Virus record (IMG/VR): IMGVR_UViG_3300036768_001490
Span: 64,001-128,000 of that record
Length of the DNA: 64,000 bases
Origin: a virus
Reading direction: 5' to 3' (one strand)
In this document: piece by piece, positions 37,541 to 46,292 of the stretch
How positions within the stretch are numbered: position 1 is the stretch's first letter
Layout of the letters: the number at the start of each line of letters is the position of its first letter
The notes under the pieces: model-generated
Told to the model about the DNA's origin: nothing
Seen by the model: only the letters and a program-made list of their open reading frames with translations
Database searches by the model: none
Position numbers and translations under genes: made by a program

Positions 37541-37569
37541 AGTGTAGAAAACGGCACGCGCACTGTCAA
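37541..37569 (-). promoter_or_regulatory. Sigma70-type promoter
   Basis: TTGACA-17 nt-TACACT. Confidence 0.7.
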
Positions 37570-37650
37570 TAGGCCAGCTTCGACTTTTCTGCCAGGACGG
37601 ACCTGGGCTCCACCACCCCCACACCCACCTATTCCAGCCAGCCCTACACC

Positions 37651-37775
37651 AGCCGAAAGCGACCACAAGAAGACATGCCTTGCTGATAGCTAAGAAAAAG
37701 AACGACGCCCCAGCCGATCCGCTTCCTGCGAATCGGCTGGGGAGAGAGGAGTAGTCACTACATGGTGACTACTCC
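37651..37775. repeat. Cassette repeat, terminator half (left boundary)
   Basis: Matches terminator end of the full repeats. Confidence 0.85.
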
Positions 37776-38224
37776 ATCACAGCCCTAACCTCCTCCATGA
37801 CGATGGAGGATGCCTTCATCCAGCGGATGAAGGCATCAAAAGAACTCGCTCTTTTGATGCCTTCCCTGGCCAGCTCCAACCTCCATCCTGGCGGACCATG
37901 CGTACCGTCCACCTGGATGGTCTCCCCACCCAGGCGGAACATTATCTTCCCATCCCTCGATGGGAAGAATGCAGCCCCCCCACTACCCTCCGTCAGCATC
38001 CTTGCCATTTCCGAGACAATCCTGTTCCCTTCCTGGGTTCTCACCTTCTCCCAGCCCCATAGGGCCGGGTGGTGACACTTCCTTTCCCTCCCGGCCAAGT
38101 CGGCCAGGAGGATGACCGCTACGTGGTGGTCGACGCCTTGGCGTCGACCTCCACGCCCTTGGCGGGAGATAATATACTCCTCTGCCGCTTGGCGGAGGAG
38201 TCCAAAGGTATTGGTGGTGGACAT
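37769..38224 (-). CDS. Cassette gene 1, unknown family, paralog of gene 2
   Basis: AAGGAGG SD; HPALWGW and HGPPGWRL motifs. Confidence 0.8.
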   Translation of the reverse strand: MSTTNTFGLLRQAAEEYIISRQGRGGRRQGVDHHVAVILLADLAGRERKCHHPALWGWEKVRTQEGNRIVSEMARMLTEGSGGAAFFPSRDGKIMFRLGGETIQVDGTHGPPGWRLELAREGIKRASSFDAFIRWMKASSIVMEEVRAVME

Positions 38225-38235
38225 AAGAGTCCCCT

Positions 38236-38572
38236 CCTTTGCGGCATCTAGCCGCAGTTGTGTGGTAATAAAAATTGGACAGGAACGTCCTGTCCACCTT
38301 TTGTGACATCAATGGAGAAGATATTTAGGCAGGAGGCGGAGCACCCTGGTCAGAGCAGGGAGCATGGCGCAGGTAGCGCGCCTGAGCCTGATGGGAAGTA
38401 CACTGGCCTGATTGGTGGGAAACGTCTCCCGTGCTTGCTGACCCACGCCAGACGAAAGCGACCACAGGAAAACATGCCTGGCTGATAACTAAGAAAAAGA
38501 ACGACGCCCCAGCTGGTCCGCTTCCTGCGGATCGGCTGGGGAAGAGGAGTAAGCCGCTACGCGGCTTACTCC
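38236..38572. repeat. Full cassette repeat (stop hairpin, terminator, spacer, palindrome, leader)
   Basis: Near-identical to copies at 39.1-39.45 and 40.4-40.7 kb. Confidence 0.92.
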
Positions 38573-39102
38573 TTTCGGATCTCTTCCGTGATACTCCTCA
38601 CGACCGTACTCCAGATGGGTAGGTCATGAGGGATGGATATTACGTGAATCATTCTAAGTTGGGGTGGATACCCCGCTGATCGGAGTAGCCCTTCACGGGC
38701 TACTCTTAACCTCCATCCTGGAGGTCCGTGCTCGCGGCCGAGCAGTACCCTGCGTCCGTCATCCGTGACGAACACCAGCCTTTCTATCTCGGGGTGAAAT
38801 ACCCCGCCGTAAAACGGCGGCGATCCCCCTACGCTGCAGCGTCTTGCGACGGCCCGGATCGCCATCGACCATACCTCAATCCTTGCTTTGGGCTGTTGGC
38901 CGCTGCCCCAGCCCCAGAAAGCCGGGTGGCGTGCGCATCCCTCCTCTTCTCCGGCCATGTCAAGCATGGCGATGGCCGCAGAGTGTGCTGCAAGCTCCTC
39001 CGAGGAAACGTCTTTGCGATCCAGCCCGGCGAGGCGTAGGTAGTATTCCTCGGCCATGTTTGCCGCCATTATGAACCTGGTGGTTTCGTGATGGGACATC
39101 AT
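38566..39102 (-). CDS. Cassette gene 2, unknown family, paralog of gene 1
   Basis: AAGGAGG SD; HPAFWGW and HGPPGWRL motifs. Confidence 0.8.
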   Translation of the reverse strand: MMSHHETTRFIMAANMAEEYYLRLAGLDRKDVSSEELAAHSAAIAMLDMAGEEEGCARHPAFWGWGSGQQPKARIEVWSMAIRAVARRCSVGGSPPFYGGVFHPEIERLVFVTDDGRRVLLGREHGPPGWRLRVAREGLLRSAGYPPQLRMIHVISIPHDLPIWSTVVRSITEEIRKE

Positions 39103-39107
39103 GGTGT

Positions 39108-39458
39108 CCTCCTTTGCGGCTGTGCCGCAGTTGTGTGGTAATAAAAATTGGACAGGAACGTCCTGTCCGCGGCATTTATTGTGACATCAATGGAGAAGAT
39201 ATTTAGGCAGGATGTGAAGCACCCTGGTCAGGGCAGGGAGCATGGCGCAGGTAGCGCGCCTGAGCCTGATGGGAAGTACACTGGCCTGATTGGTGGGAAA
39301 CGTCTCTCGTGCTTGCTGACCCACACCAGCAGGAAGCTACCGCGAGAAAACACGACGGGCTGATAGCTAAGAAAAAGAACGACGCCCCAGCCGATCCGCT
39401 TCCTGCAGATCGGCTGGGGAGAGAGAGAGAGGAGTAGTCACCGAGTAGTGACTACTCC
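39108..39458. repeat. Full cassette repeat
   Basis: Seen directly. Confidence 0.92.
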
Positions 39459-40366
39459 TCTTCTTTCTTGCCGCCAATCCTCCTCATGGCCTCGGCGACG
39501 GACTGTCGTACTCTTTCGTTTTGGTCCAGCCTATACCTGTTCAAGGCTGGCACGGCGTCCTTGCCGTCCGGGCCGAGCTTGCCGATGGCCTTGCACACAT
39601 GCTCTCGGATCATCCTGTTCTCGAGGGCTTTGACAAGAACCGGCAGCAAGGCCCTACCCTTGGAGGGGAAATCATCCACGATCTCCCCGAGGACCTCGAC
39701 CGCTGCTACCTGGGCGATATAGTGAAAGTAACCCGAACTAGAGTTCGGGTCGGATGAGATCAGCTTGACCATCATGGCGACCGTTTCGCCATCGTCCGGC
39801 GACACGGCGCCAAGGGCCTTGACCAGGCCCCTCACGTTTACGGTCTTGCTGTCCAGGCAGCGCTGAAGCGCTGCCCTCATAAGCGGGGCAAGCGGCCGAG
39901 CACCACGCTTCATCTCTTTGACTTCGTCGGCCAACGCCAGCAACTCTCTTGGCTGGCCGACTGCAAAGACGACCGCGTACTTGTACAGGTCTGGGCGAAC
40001 CTGCCGCAACGCTTTGGCGGCAGCCTGCACAACCTCCTTGTTGTTAGCCGACACCGCCATCGCCTCACACAGGGCATAGGCAGACTCCTCTTCCCTGGAC
40101 TTTGCCAATGCCTTGGCGGCGATCTTCTCGGCATCCGTACCTTCATGGCGCGCAATGGCTTCCTTGCACTTGGCCTTCGCCTGCTCTCCTCTCACGTCGC
40201 AGCCGCAGCCGCATTGCCAACCTAGCTTGGCCGCTGCACATGCCCCGATCACCATCCCGATCACCACTCCGAGCAGCAGGGCGGGAATGATGCCCTTGCT
40301 GCGGGAAGTTGCCGGCTGCAGCAGCACGACTACCTTGCACGAGTCGAGGACGAAGATGGTGTTCAT
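39452..40366 (-). CDS. Cassette gene 3: membrane-anchored HEAT-repeat protein
   Basis: N-terminal TM helix; IGKLGPDGKDAVPAL...D..ERVR..VAEAM. Confidence 0.75.
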   Translation of the reverse strand: MNTIFVLDSCKVVVLLQPATSRSKGIIPALLLGVVIGMVIGACAAAKLGWQCGCGCDVRGEQAKAKCKEAIARHEGTDAEKIAAKALAKSREEESAYALCEAMAVSANNKEVVQAAAKALRQVRPDLYKYAVVFAVGQPRELLALADEVKEMKRGARPLAPLMRAALQRCLDSKTVNVRGLVKALGAVSPDDGETVAMMVKLISSDPNSSSGYFHYIAQVAAVEVLGEIVDDFPSKGRALLPVLVKALENRMIREHVCKAIGKLGPDGKDAVPALNRYRLDQNERVRQSVAEAMRRIGGKKEEE

Positions 40367-40423
40367 AACGAACTCCCCAAATGGGCGACGCCCAACTGAC
40401 GCACATGCGTCAGTCGTGGTTAG

Positions 40424-40696
40424 ATTGGACAGGAACGTCCTGTCCGCGGCATTTATTGTGGCACCAATGGAGAAGATATTTAGGCAGGAGGCGGAGCACC
40501 CTGGTCAGGGCAGGGAGCATGGCGCAGGTAGCGCGCCTGAACCTGATGGGAAGTACACTGGCCTGGTTGGTGGGAAACGTCTCTCGTGCTTGCTGACCCA
40601 TGCCAGCCGGAGGCTACCACGAGAAAACATGCCGGGCCGATAGCTAAGAAAAAGAACGACCCCAGCCGATCCGCTTCCTGCAGATCGGCTGGGGGG
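40424..40696. repeat. Full cassette repeat
   Basis: Seen directly. Confidence 0.92.
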
Positions 40697-40709
40697 AATG
40701 CGGGCAGCC

Positions 40710-40856
40710 CTAAACGGGCCACCCGCAGGTGGGACACTCCTCCGTGAAACACGGAGGAGTGTCCTCACCGCAGTGAGGACACCTGTCGGCCCCCACTGCC
40801 TCCTCCTCATCGAGGAGGATGTCGTCGTCGTACTCGAAGTCGTAGTAGTACATCAT
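40710..40856 (-). CDS. Cassette gene 4: 48-aa acidic zinc-ribbon protein (absent from ORF track)
   Basis: AAGGAGG SD; MMYYYDFEYDDDILLDEEEAVGADRCPHCGEDTPPCFTEECPTCGWPV. Confidence 0.75.
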   Translation of the reverse strand: MMYYYDFEYDDDILLDEEEAVGADRCPHCGEDTPPCFTEECPTCGWPV

Positions 40857-40880
40857 TTCCCCTCCTTAAGGGATAACGTT

Positions 40881-40945
40881 TATTGGACAGGTACGTCCTG
40901 TCCACCTTTTATGACACCAGTGGAGGGGATATTTAGGCGGGGAGG
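40881..40945. repeat. Cassette repeat, promoter/palindrome half (right boundary)
   Basis: GGACAGGTACGTCCTGTCC ... GATATTTAGGC. Confidence 0.85.
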
Positions 40946-41043
40946 ATGGAGCGCCTGAATGTTGGCAGAGAAAGGAAAAACCCCGCCACCGTGACGCCAC
41001 GGCGGCGGGGCCGTCAGGGATGACCGGAGGTGGAGCGCCCCGG

Positions 41044-41847
41044 TCAGAACAGGGGAGTATTCCGAAGCGCCGGCAGCGCGTTAAGCTGAGGCGTCTGCTG
41101 GAAGTCCCAGGAGGGCAAATACTGCCGCAACTGGCGGAAAACGTCCTGATACGTGCCGCCCCGCGACTGCACCAGCCGGAAGGCACGCAGGGCGTAATAG
41201 GTCATGGCGCCGCAGAAGCGGCCGCCAATCCGCGCGTCCGCGCTGTACTCATGGTCCCGGCAGGCCGAGAAGTGAATGACGCCAGGCAGAGGCTGGTCCT
41301 GCCACCGGACCTGCTGGCCAAAGGCGCGCTCCATGCCATGCCACAACGGACTGTCGGGCGAAAGGAAGTGGGACGGCGGCAGGAAACGGACCCTCCGCTC
41401 CGACACGCTGCTGTCCGTGGCGAAGCGGAAGACCGAGCCCGAATGGCAGCAGTCACTGATCCAGAGCAGGCGCGCTCCCGGACGCAGCCGGCCAAACAGA
41501 TCGGCCAGTTCGTCGTCCAGGATCAGGTTGCGGCCATTGTCGCCCATGTCCGCCGGGCACAGCGCCTCGTCCCGGCCGTCCGGCTCGTCCCCGGAGAGGT
41601 CCGGCAGCCAGGTGCCGTGGCCAGAATACGTCACGGCGCTGCACGTGCCCGGCGACGTCTGGTCGATGACCTGCCGCAGGGCCGTCAGGATGTTACAGCG
41701 GCTGGCCTGGCGCTCCAGCATGGAGACGACGTCGAAGCCCTGGCCATGCAGGAAGCTGCCCCAGTCGTTGGCATCGTTGATGCAGCCGCGCAGCTCAAAC
41801 GGAGTGCCCGTGTAATTGATGCCGATGCACAGTGCCTTGCCCGACAT
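41044..41847 (-). CDS. Metacaspase/caspase-family peptidase (C14)
   Basis: KALCIGINY, LRGCINDA, YSGHG and DCCHSG dyad. Confidence 0.88.
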   Translation of the reverse strand: MSGKALCIGINYTGTPFELRGCINDANDWGSFLHGQGFDVVSMLERQASRCNILTALRQVIDQTSPGTCSAVTYSGHGTWLPDLSGDEPDGRDEALCPADMGDNGRNLILDDELADLFGRLRPGARLLWISDCCHSGSVFRFATDSSVSERRVRFLPPSHFLSPDSPLWHGMERAFGQQVRWQDQPLPGVIHFSACRDHEYSADARIGGRFCGAMTYYALRAFRLVQSRGGTYQDVFRQLRQYLPSWDFQQTPQLNALPALRNTPLF

Positions 41848-41913
41848 GCCTGCCCTCCTCTCCCATTGCCTCCGGGCGACGGCCCAGCCCGCAGGAAACC
41901 TAAAAAACGGATT

Positions 41914-42156
41914 TTACCGGGCAGACGGCTGGACCGGGGCATCTCCCCCGCTTCTGGCCGCCGACGTCTCCCGATCCGTCGGCGGCCGGCTGGCCGGCGG
42001 CCAGCCACGGAACCAGACGCCCAGGTAGTAGCAGACCTGGGCCAGTACCGTCCCGGCCACGAACAGCAGCACAAGCCCGAGGACCAGGACGCTGAGGCTG
42101 AAGGCCATCTGGCTCAGCGCGGGCCACTTCCCGTAGGCTTCCAACCACCTGTCCAT
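41914..42156 (-). CDS. Small membrane protein
   Basis: ATG 42156; long hydrophobic helix. Confidence 0.6.
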   Translation of the reverse strand: MDRWLEAYGKWPALSQMAFSLSVLVLGLVLLFVAGTVLAQVCYYLGVWFRGWPPASRPPTDRETSAARSGGDAPVQPSAR

Positions 42157-42218
42157 TGCGCCCCCAGACAACAGCCCGCCAGCGAAGGCGGCACGGAACG
42201 ACCTGACGTCCGGTGCCA

Positions 42219-42247
42219 AGTATAGACGGCACGGCCCCTGACAGCAA
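42219..42247 (-). promoter_or_regulatory. Sigma70-type promoter candidate
   Basis: TTGCTG-17 nt-TATACT. Confidence 0.55.
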
Positions 42248-42253
42248 GCCGGC

Positions 42254-42832
42254 CTAACGCGCCGCCAGCAGCTCCCGCGCCTGCCGCAGGGCCTCCTCGT
42301 AGCGCTCCCCGAAGTAGCACCGGTCCCCCGCGTGGGCCTCCTGGAGAAGTCCCTGGATAAAGCAGGGGGACACGCCCAGGTCGAGCAGGTCGGACATCAG
42401 CAGACGGGTCGCGCGGCGATAGCCCAGGTACGGGTAGCCCGAGTCACCGGCGGCATGGCAGTAGGAGCGGTAGCTGGACAGGGAGGCATAACGCTGGGCC
42501 AGCGGACAGTCCCCTTCCATCACATAGGTCCGGCGGCGCGTGCAGTACCACAGGCCGTCCAGGCAGGGGTAGGGCTCCAGCTCCTCCAGCCAGGCCGCGT
42601 GCAGGGCGTCCAGCAGCCGGCGGGAGCGGCGCGCGACCTCCGCGTCCGGGTGGGTCCGCCCCGCCAGCAGGACGGGCCGGACCTGCCAGCCCAGGCGCTC
42701 CAGCCGGACGGACGCCTCCTCGCGCCGGCCGAAGTCCGGGTCGCCCAGCTGGTGGACCAGGGACCAGGCGTCCGGGTCCAGGCACAGGGGCCCCGCCGCC
42801 CACAGGTAAAGGCCAAGGAACAGGGCGTCCAT
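42254..42832 (-). CDS. Secreted HEAT-like protein (planctomycete-style motif)
   Basis: Signal-like N-terminus; LVHQLGDPDFGRREEASVRL...DAEVARR. Confidence 0.65.
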   Translation of the reverse strand: MDALFLGLYLWAAGPLCLDPDAWSLVHQLGDPDFGRREEASVRLERLGWQVRPVLLAGRTHPDAEVARRSRRLLDALHAAWLEELEPYPCLDGLWYCTRRRTYVMEGDCPLAQRYASLSSYRSYCHAAGDSGYPYLGYRRATRLLMSDLLDLGVSPCFIQGLLQEAHAGDRCYFGERYEEALRQARELLAAR

Positions 42833-42870
42833 CGTTCTCCCTCCATCCTCTTCTCGGAAGCCAGTCAGAG

Positions 42871-43512
42871 CTAGTTATGCACGAACAGCGTGGCGCGGAC
42901 CTTCACGACCAGCCGGGGGCCAGCTACCCGGACCAGCCGGTCGATCCAGTCGCCGTCCGCGTTGAACGATGTCTTGTCGAAGGGCACCCGCCGGGCCAGC
43001 GCCGCCGCCACCAGCAGGCCGCCCAGGTCCAGGTGCCGGTAGCGCGGCTGAGTGACCAGCGGCTGCCACAGCCGATGGCTATGGACCATGTCGCAGTAGG
43101 CCAGCTGGGCCGGAGGCCGCGCCGCCGTGGCCTCGGCCAGCAGCCACTCCAGGAAGACCGGGGCGTACCAGTTGTCGTCGTTGGTCAGCAGCAGCCACGG
43201 ACACGTCCCCGCCAGCTCCTCGATGGCGCGCTGCCGCCAAGGGTGGCCGAACTGCTGCTTCCGGCTGGGCGTCTCCACCAGGGACAGGCGGGAGTCGCGG
43301 GCCGCTTCCTGCTCCCATTCCCGCCGGACGTCCGCGCTGGCCGGCCCGTCGTGGTAGGCCACCAGCCGCCAGTGGGGGTAGGTCTGAGCCTGGAAGGAGG
43401 CCAGCAGGGAACGCAGGGCGGCGCGGCGGCGCGGCTCGTCGTTGAGATAGGTGGCGACTCCGATGCCGACCGTGGGCGTGCCCCGGACCTGCTTGCTCCG
43501 CCAGTAGCGCAC
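42871..43512 (-). CDS. Glycosyltransferase family 2-like
   Basis: QAQTYPHWRLV..HDG, LLTNDDNWY, DGDWI. Confidence 0.8.
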   Translation of the reverse strand: MRYWRSKQVRGTPTVGIGVATYLNDEPRRRAALRSLLASFQAQTYPHWRLVAYHDGPASADVRREWEQEAARDSRLSLVETPSRKQQFGHPWRQRAIEELAGTCPWLLLTNDDNWYAPVFLEWLLAEATAARPPAQLAYCDMVHSHRLWQPLVTQPRYRHLDLGGLLVAAALARRVPFDKTSFNADGDWIDRLVRVAGPRLVVKVRATLFVHN

Positions 43513-43534
43513 CGTGGCCTCCCGCCGCCCGCCG

Positions 43535-44146
43535 TCAGGGGCGCAGCGTCACCTCCACCATGCGGATGTCCAGGCCCGTGTGGGTGAAGTGGTCCACCGG
43601 GTCCAGCAGGACCACCTGGTAGCGCTCCCGGTCCAGGCCGTTCACCAGGGGGCGGCAGCCAAAGTCGTCCCGTCCCTCGTAGTAGTCGTCCAGCAGGACA
43701 AGCGTGTGCGGCCCCATGACCCGGGCGACAGCGCCCCAGTCCGAGGCCACCGTGTCCAGGCTGTGCCCGCCGTCCAGGAAGATCAGGTCCGGCCGGATGT
43801 CCGTGTGCTTCGACCAGGGAACCAGCCGGTCGCGCGTGAAGCCCTTGAACAGCGTGACCTGGGCGCCCGTGGCCAGCAGCCGGAGCTTGACCTCGCTCTC
43901 GCGCGGCGGCAGGCGCTCCTTGGACAGCTCCGCCCGCGCGATCTCCGGCGTGCATAGCTCGAACAGGTCGAAGCCGATGTAGTGGGCCGTGCGGCCGGCG
44001 CTGTCCTTCAGCCAGGTGCTGAGCAGCTGGCTGGCGCGCACGCCGTCGTACGTCCCCACCTCCAGGAAGACCAGGTGCTTCCGCCCGCTCCGGCCGATCC
44101 GGTCCAGGGCACGGAACAGGTGGACATACCTTCCTAGCATGGCCAT
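43535..44146 (-). CDS. Class I SAM-dependent methyltransferase
   Basis: FLEVGTYDG, DLIFLDGGHS, LLDDY. Confidence 0.8.
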   Translation of the reverse strand: MAMLGRYVHLFRALDRIGRSGRKHLVFLEVGTYDGVRASQLLSTWLKDSAGRTAHYIGFDLFELCTPEIARAELSKERLPPRESEVKLRLLATGAQVTLFKGFTRDRLVPWSKHTDIRPDLIFLDGGHSLDTVASDWGAVARVMGPHTLVLLDDYYEGRDDFGCRPLVNGLDRERYQVVLLDPVDHFTHTGLDIRMVEVTLRP

Positions 44147-44204
44147 GCCATCCATCCTCCTCCCAGACATTCCCATGCGGCCGTGACTCCCCGCCCTTCC
44201 CCCA

Positions 44205-44903
44205 TCACAGCCTGGGCCGCGCCCTACGGTACGGCGACGTGTCCCGCGGCGGAGGCAGACGGGACAGGCCCCGCTCCAGGCAGAGGCGCTGGTAGTCCTC
44301 CTGCGGAGCGTCCAGGCCGACAAACGGGCTCAGAGTCAGCGTCTGCACGCCGAACGCCTCGCGCAGGGCCTTGCGGACCTTGGCCGTGTACCGGCGGTAC
44401 TCCTTGTAGATGATGTCCGGCTCCAGGCCATAGAAGCGGACATGCTGGTCGTGGCCGTGGTGGTCGCCGCACAGGTCGCAGTGGTCGCAGCCGACCAGGA
44501 TGACCGTGCGCGCCCCCATGCGGGCGGCCATGTCCATCGCCGTACACTGGACGCCGCGACCCAAAAACAGAGTGTCCCGCGGCCGGGCGCGCAGCGTGTT
44601 CCAGTCCTCGCTGGTATGGAAGACGTAGTGGCTCGGGTCGTCCAGCTCCAGGCATTTCATGGGCGGCTTCTTCTTGATGAGCCACTGCGTTGCCGGCCGC
44701 GACGGCAGCTGGAGGTACTCCAGGACCAGCTCCGGATGGACCGTGATGGAGTAGGTGGGCGCGAAGTAGCGGAACGCCTGGTTGAGGCCGATGGTGACGC
44801 GGCCGCGCAAGAACTCCATTGGGAAGCAGCGCATGGACGGCCCCGTGCCAACCACGTAGATGTCGTCGTTGCAGTGCTTGCGGTAAAGTTGTTCGATACG
44901 CAT
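44205..44903 (-). CDS. MptE/DUF115-like (Maf-type sugar transferase fold) protein
   Basis: ATG 44903; IYVVGTGPSM, TIGLNQA, MGARTVILVGCD. Confidence 0.65.
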   Translation of the reverse strand: MRIEQLYRKHCNDDIYVVGTGPSMRCFPMEFLRGRVTIGLNQAFRYFAPTYSITVHPELVLEYLQLPSRPATQWLIKKKPPMKCLELDDPSHYVFHTSEDWNTLRARPRDTLFLGRGVQCTAMDMAARMGARTVILVGCDHCDLCGDHHGHDQHVRFYGLEPDIIYKEYRRYTAKVRKALREAFGVQTLTLSPFVGLDAPQEDYQRLCLERGLSRLPPPRDTSPYRRARPRL

Positions 44904-45112
44904 GGCGTCACCCTGTCTACGGCTAGCGCCACAGGACCACGTTGGTGCGCCAGGGAGCGGACCGCATGTAACGGCGGAAGCGGCGCGTGGCCAGTCCCAG
45001 GAACACGCCGGTCCCGCCCCGCTGCTCCAGCCGGTGCGGCGCCAGCTCCACGCACCAGGGCATGGTCCCTTCCTCCAGCAGACGGCGCGCCCGCCAGCAC
45101 CTGCCCTTCTGC

Positions 45113-45733
45113 TCAGGCCGGCGCGGGCGAGATGTCCAGGCCGTGCTCCCGCAGCCACTCCTCCACGTCCAGCTGGACGGCAGCGTAAGCGTCGTGCCGC
45201 TCCGCGTGGCGCCGGTTCCAGATGCGTGGGCACAGGATGGCGCCGGCTGGCACGCCATCCTCCTGGGCCCGGCCAAGGAAGGAGTCCACGTTCTCGTCCG
45301 AGTCGTCGATCAGGAGCGCGTGGGGCGCCGCGCACAGGTGCTTGTGCCGCGTCATGACGTAGCGGTCAAAGCCCGGATCTCCCGTCCATGCCCGCAGCCA
45401 GCGCTCCTTGCCCCAGGAGGCGGCGCCGCTGGGCGGCGCCGTCAGGAAGAAGACATCGGCCCGCTGGCGCAGCCAGGCATAAAAGTCCCGCGCTCCCGGG
45501 TACTCCTCCAAGGAGGACCAGAAGGAGGCATCGAGCCGCCGCAGGCGGCGACGGTACTGCCCCAGCGACCAGCCCAGAGAAACGCTCAGGTGCCAGTAGT
45601 CGCCCGGCGGCCAGGAAGCCTGCCTCTCCTCGGCGTCCAGGCCAAGGGAGCGGTACATGCCGCCGACGAAATCGGCCACGACTCCGTCCATGTCCAGCAG
45701 GACCGTGGCCCTTCTCTTCTTCCTGCGGCGCAC
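45113..45733 (-). CDS. 5'(3')-deoxyribonucleotidase-like HAD phosphatase
   Basis: LLDMDGVVADF, FFLTAP, LLIDDSDEN. Confidence 0.8.
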   Translation of the reverse strand: MRRRKKRRATVLLDMDGVVADFVGGMYRSLGLDAEERQASWPPGDYWHLSVSLGWSLGQYRRRLRRLDASFWSSLEEYPGARDFYAWLRQRADVFFLTAPPSGAASWGKERWLRAWTGDPGFDRYVMTRHKHLCAAPHALLIDDSDENVDSFLGRAQEDGVPAGAILCPRIWNRRHAERHDAYAAVQLDVEEWLREHGLDISPAPA

Positions 45734-46237
45734 CTATTCCACCTCGCTCTCCCCGTCTCCGTCCGCGGCGGCGCCACGGAACGGCCGCAGGAACTCCCAC
45801 TCCTCATCATGCCACCGGCCGTCGCCGGGCAACTGCGACCACTGGCAGCGCAGCCGGCCGTCCGGCAAGATGGCCATGACGGCCACCCCGCGCTCCCGGC
45901 CGCTTCTGCCGCTGAAGCCGACCACCAGCGTGTTGTGCATGCGCTTGCCGGGGCCATACGGGCTGTCGTCGCCGTACCACTGCACCAGGTAGATGTCCCG
46001 CGCCTTGCGGATGCTGGCGACCAGCTCGTAGCTCTGGCCGCTGGCGATGTAGTAGCCTTCCCGCAGCTCGTTCTGCCGCAGCGCGGCCGGCACGTCCAGG
46101 CGGTCGTCCGCCCCCGCCCGAGGGGGCGGCAGGTGCTCCGCCACGACGCCCTGGCGGACACAGGCGCAGTCCAGCAGCGGCGGCAGGCCGCAGGTAAGGG
46201 CCAGGAAGGAAGACAGGAACCAGCCATGCAGGGACAT
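45734..46237 (-). CDS. Hypothetical protein with signal-like N-terminus
   Basis: GGAGGG SD. Confidence 0.6.
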   Translation of the reverse strand: MSLHGWFLSSFLALTCGLPPLLDCACVRQGVVAEHLPPPRAGADDRLDVPAALRQNELREGYYIASGQSYELVASIRKARDIYLVQWYGDDSPYGPGKRMHNTLVVGFSGRSGRERGVAVMAILPDGRLRCQWSQLPGDGRWHDEEWEFLRPFRGAAADGDGESEVE

Positions 46238-46292
46238 GAAGATACCCTCCTGTGCGGTTAGGTGAAAGCCGGGGGCCACCCGGGCGGCCGCG

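Noticed and set aside
38311-40643. Plus-strand ~57-aa ORF (MEKIFRQ...) open in all three cassette repeats
   Set aside because: No SD; differences between copies mostly non-synonymous; openness expected from near-identical repeats
37651-40945. CRISPR array interpretation of the repeats
   Set aside because: Repeats are ~300 bp and the intervening segments are whole genes; no cas genes
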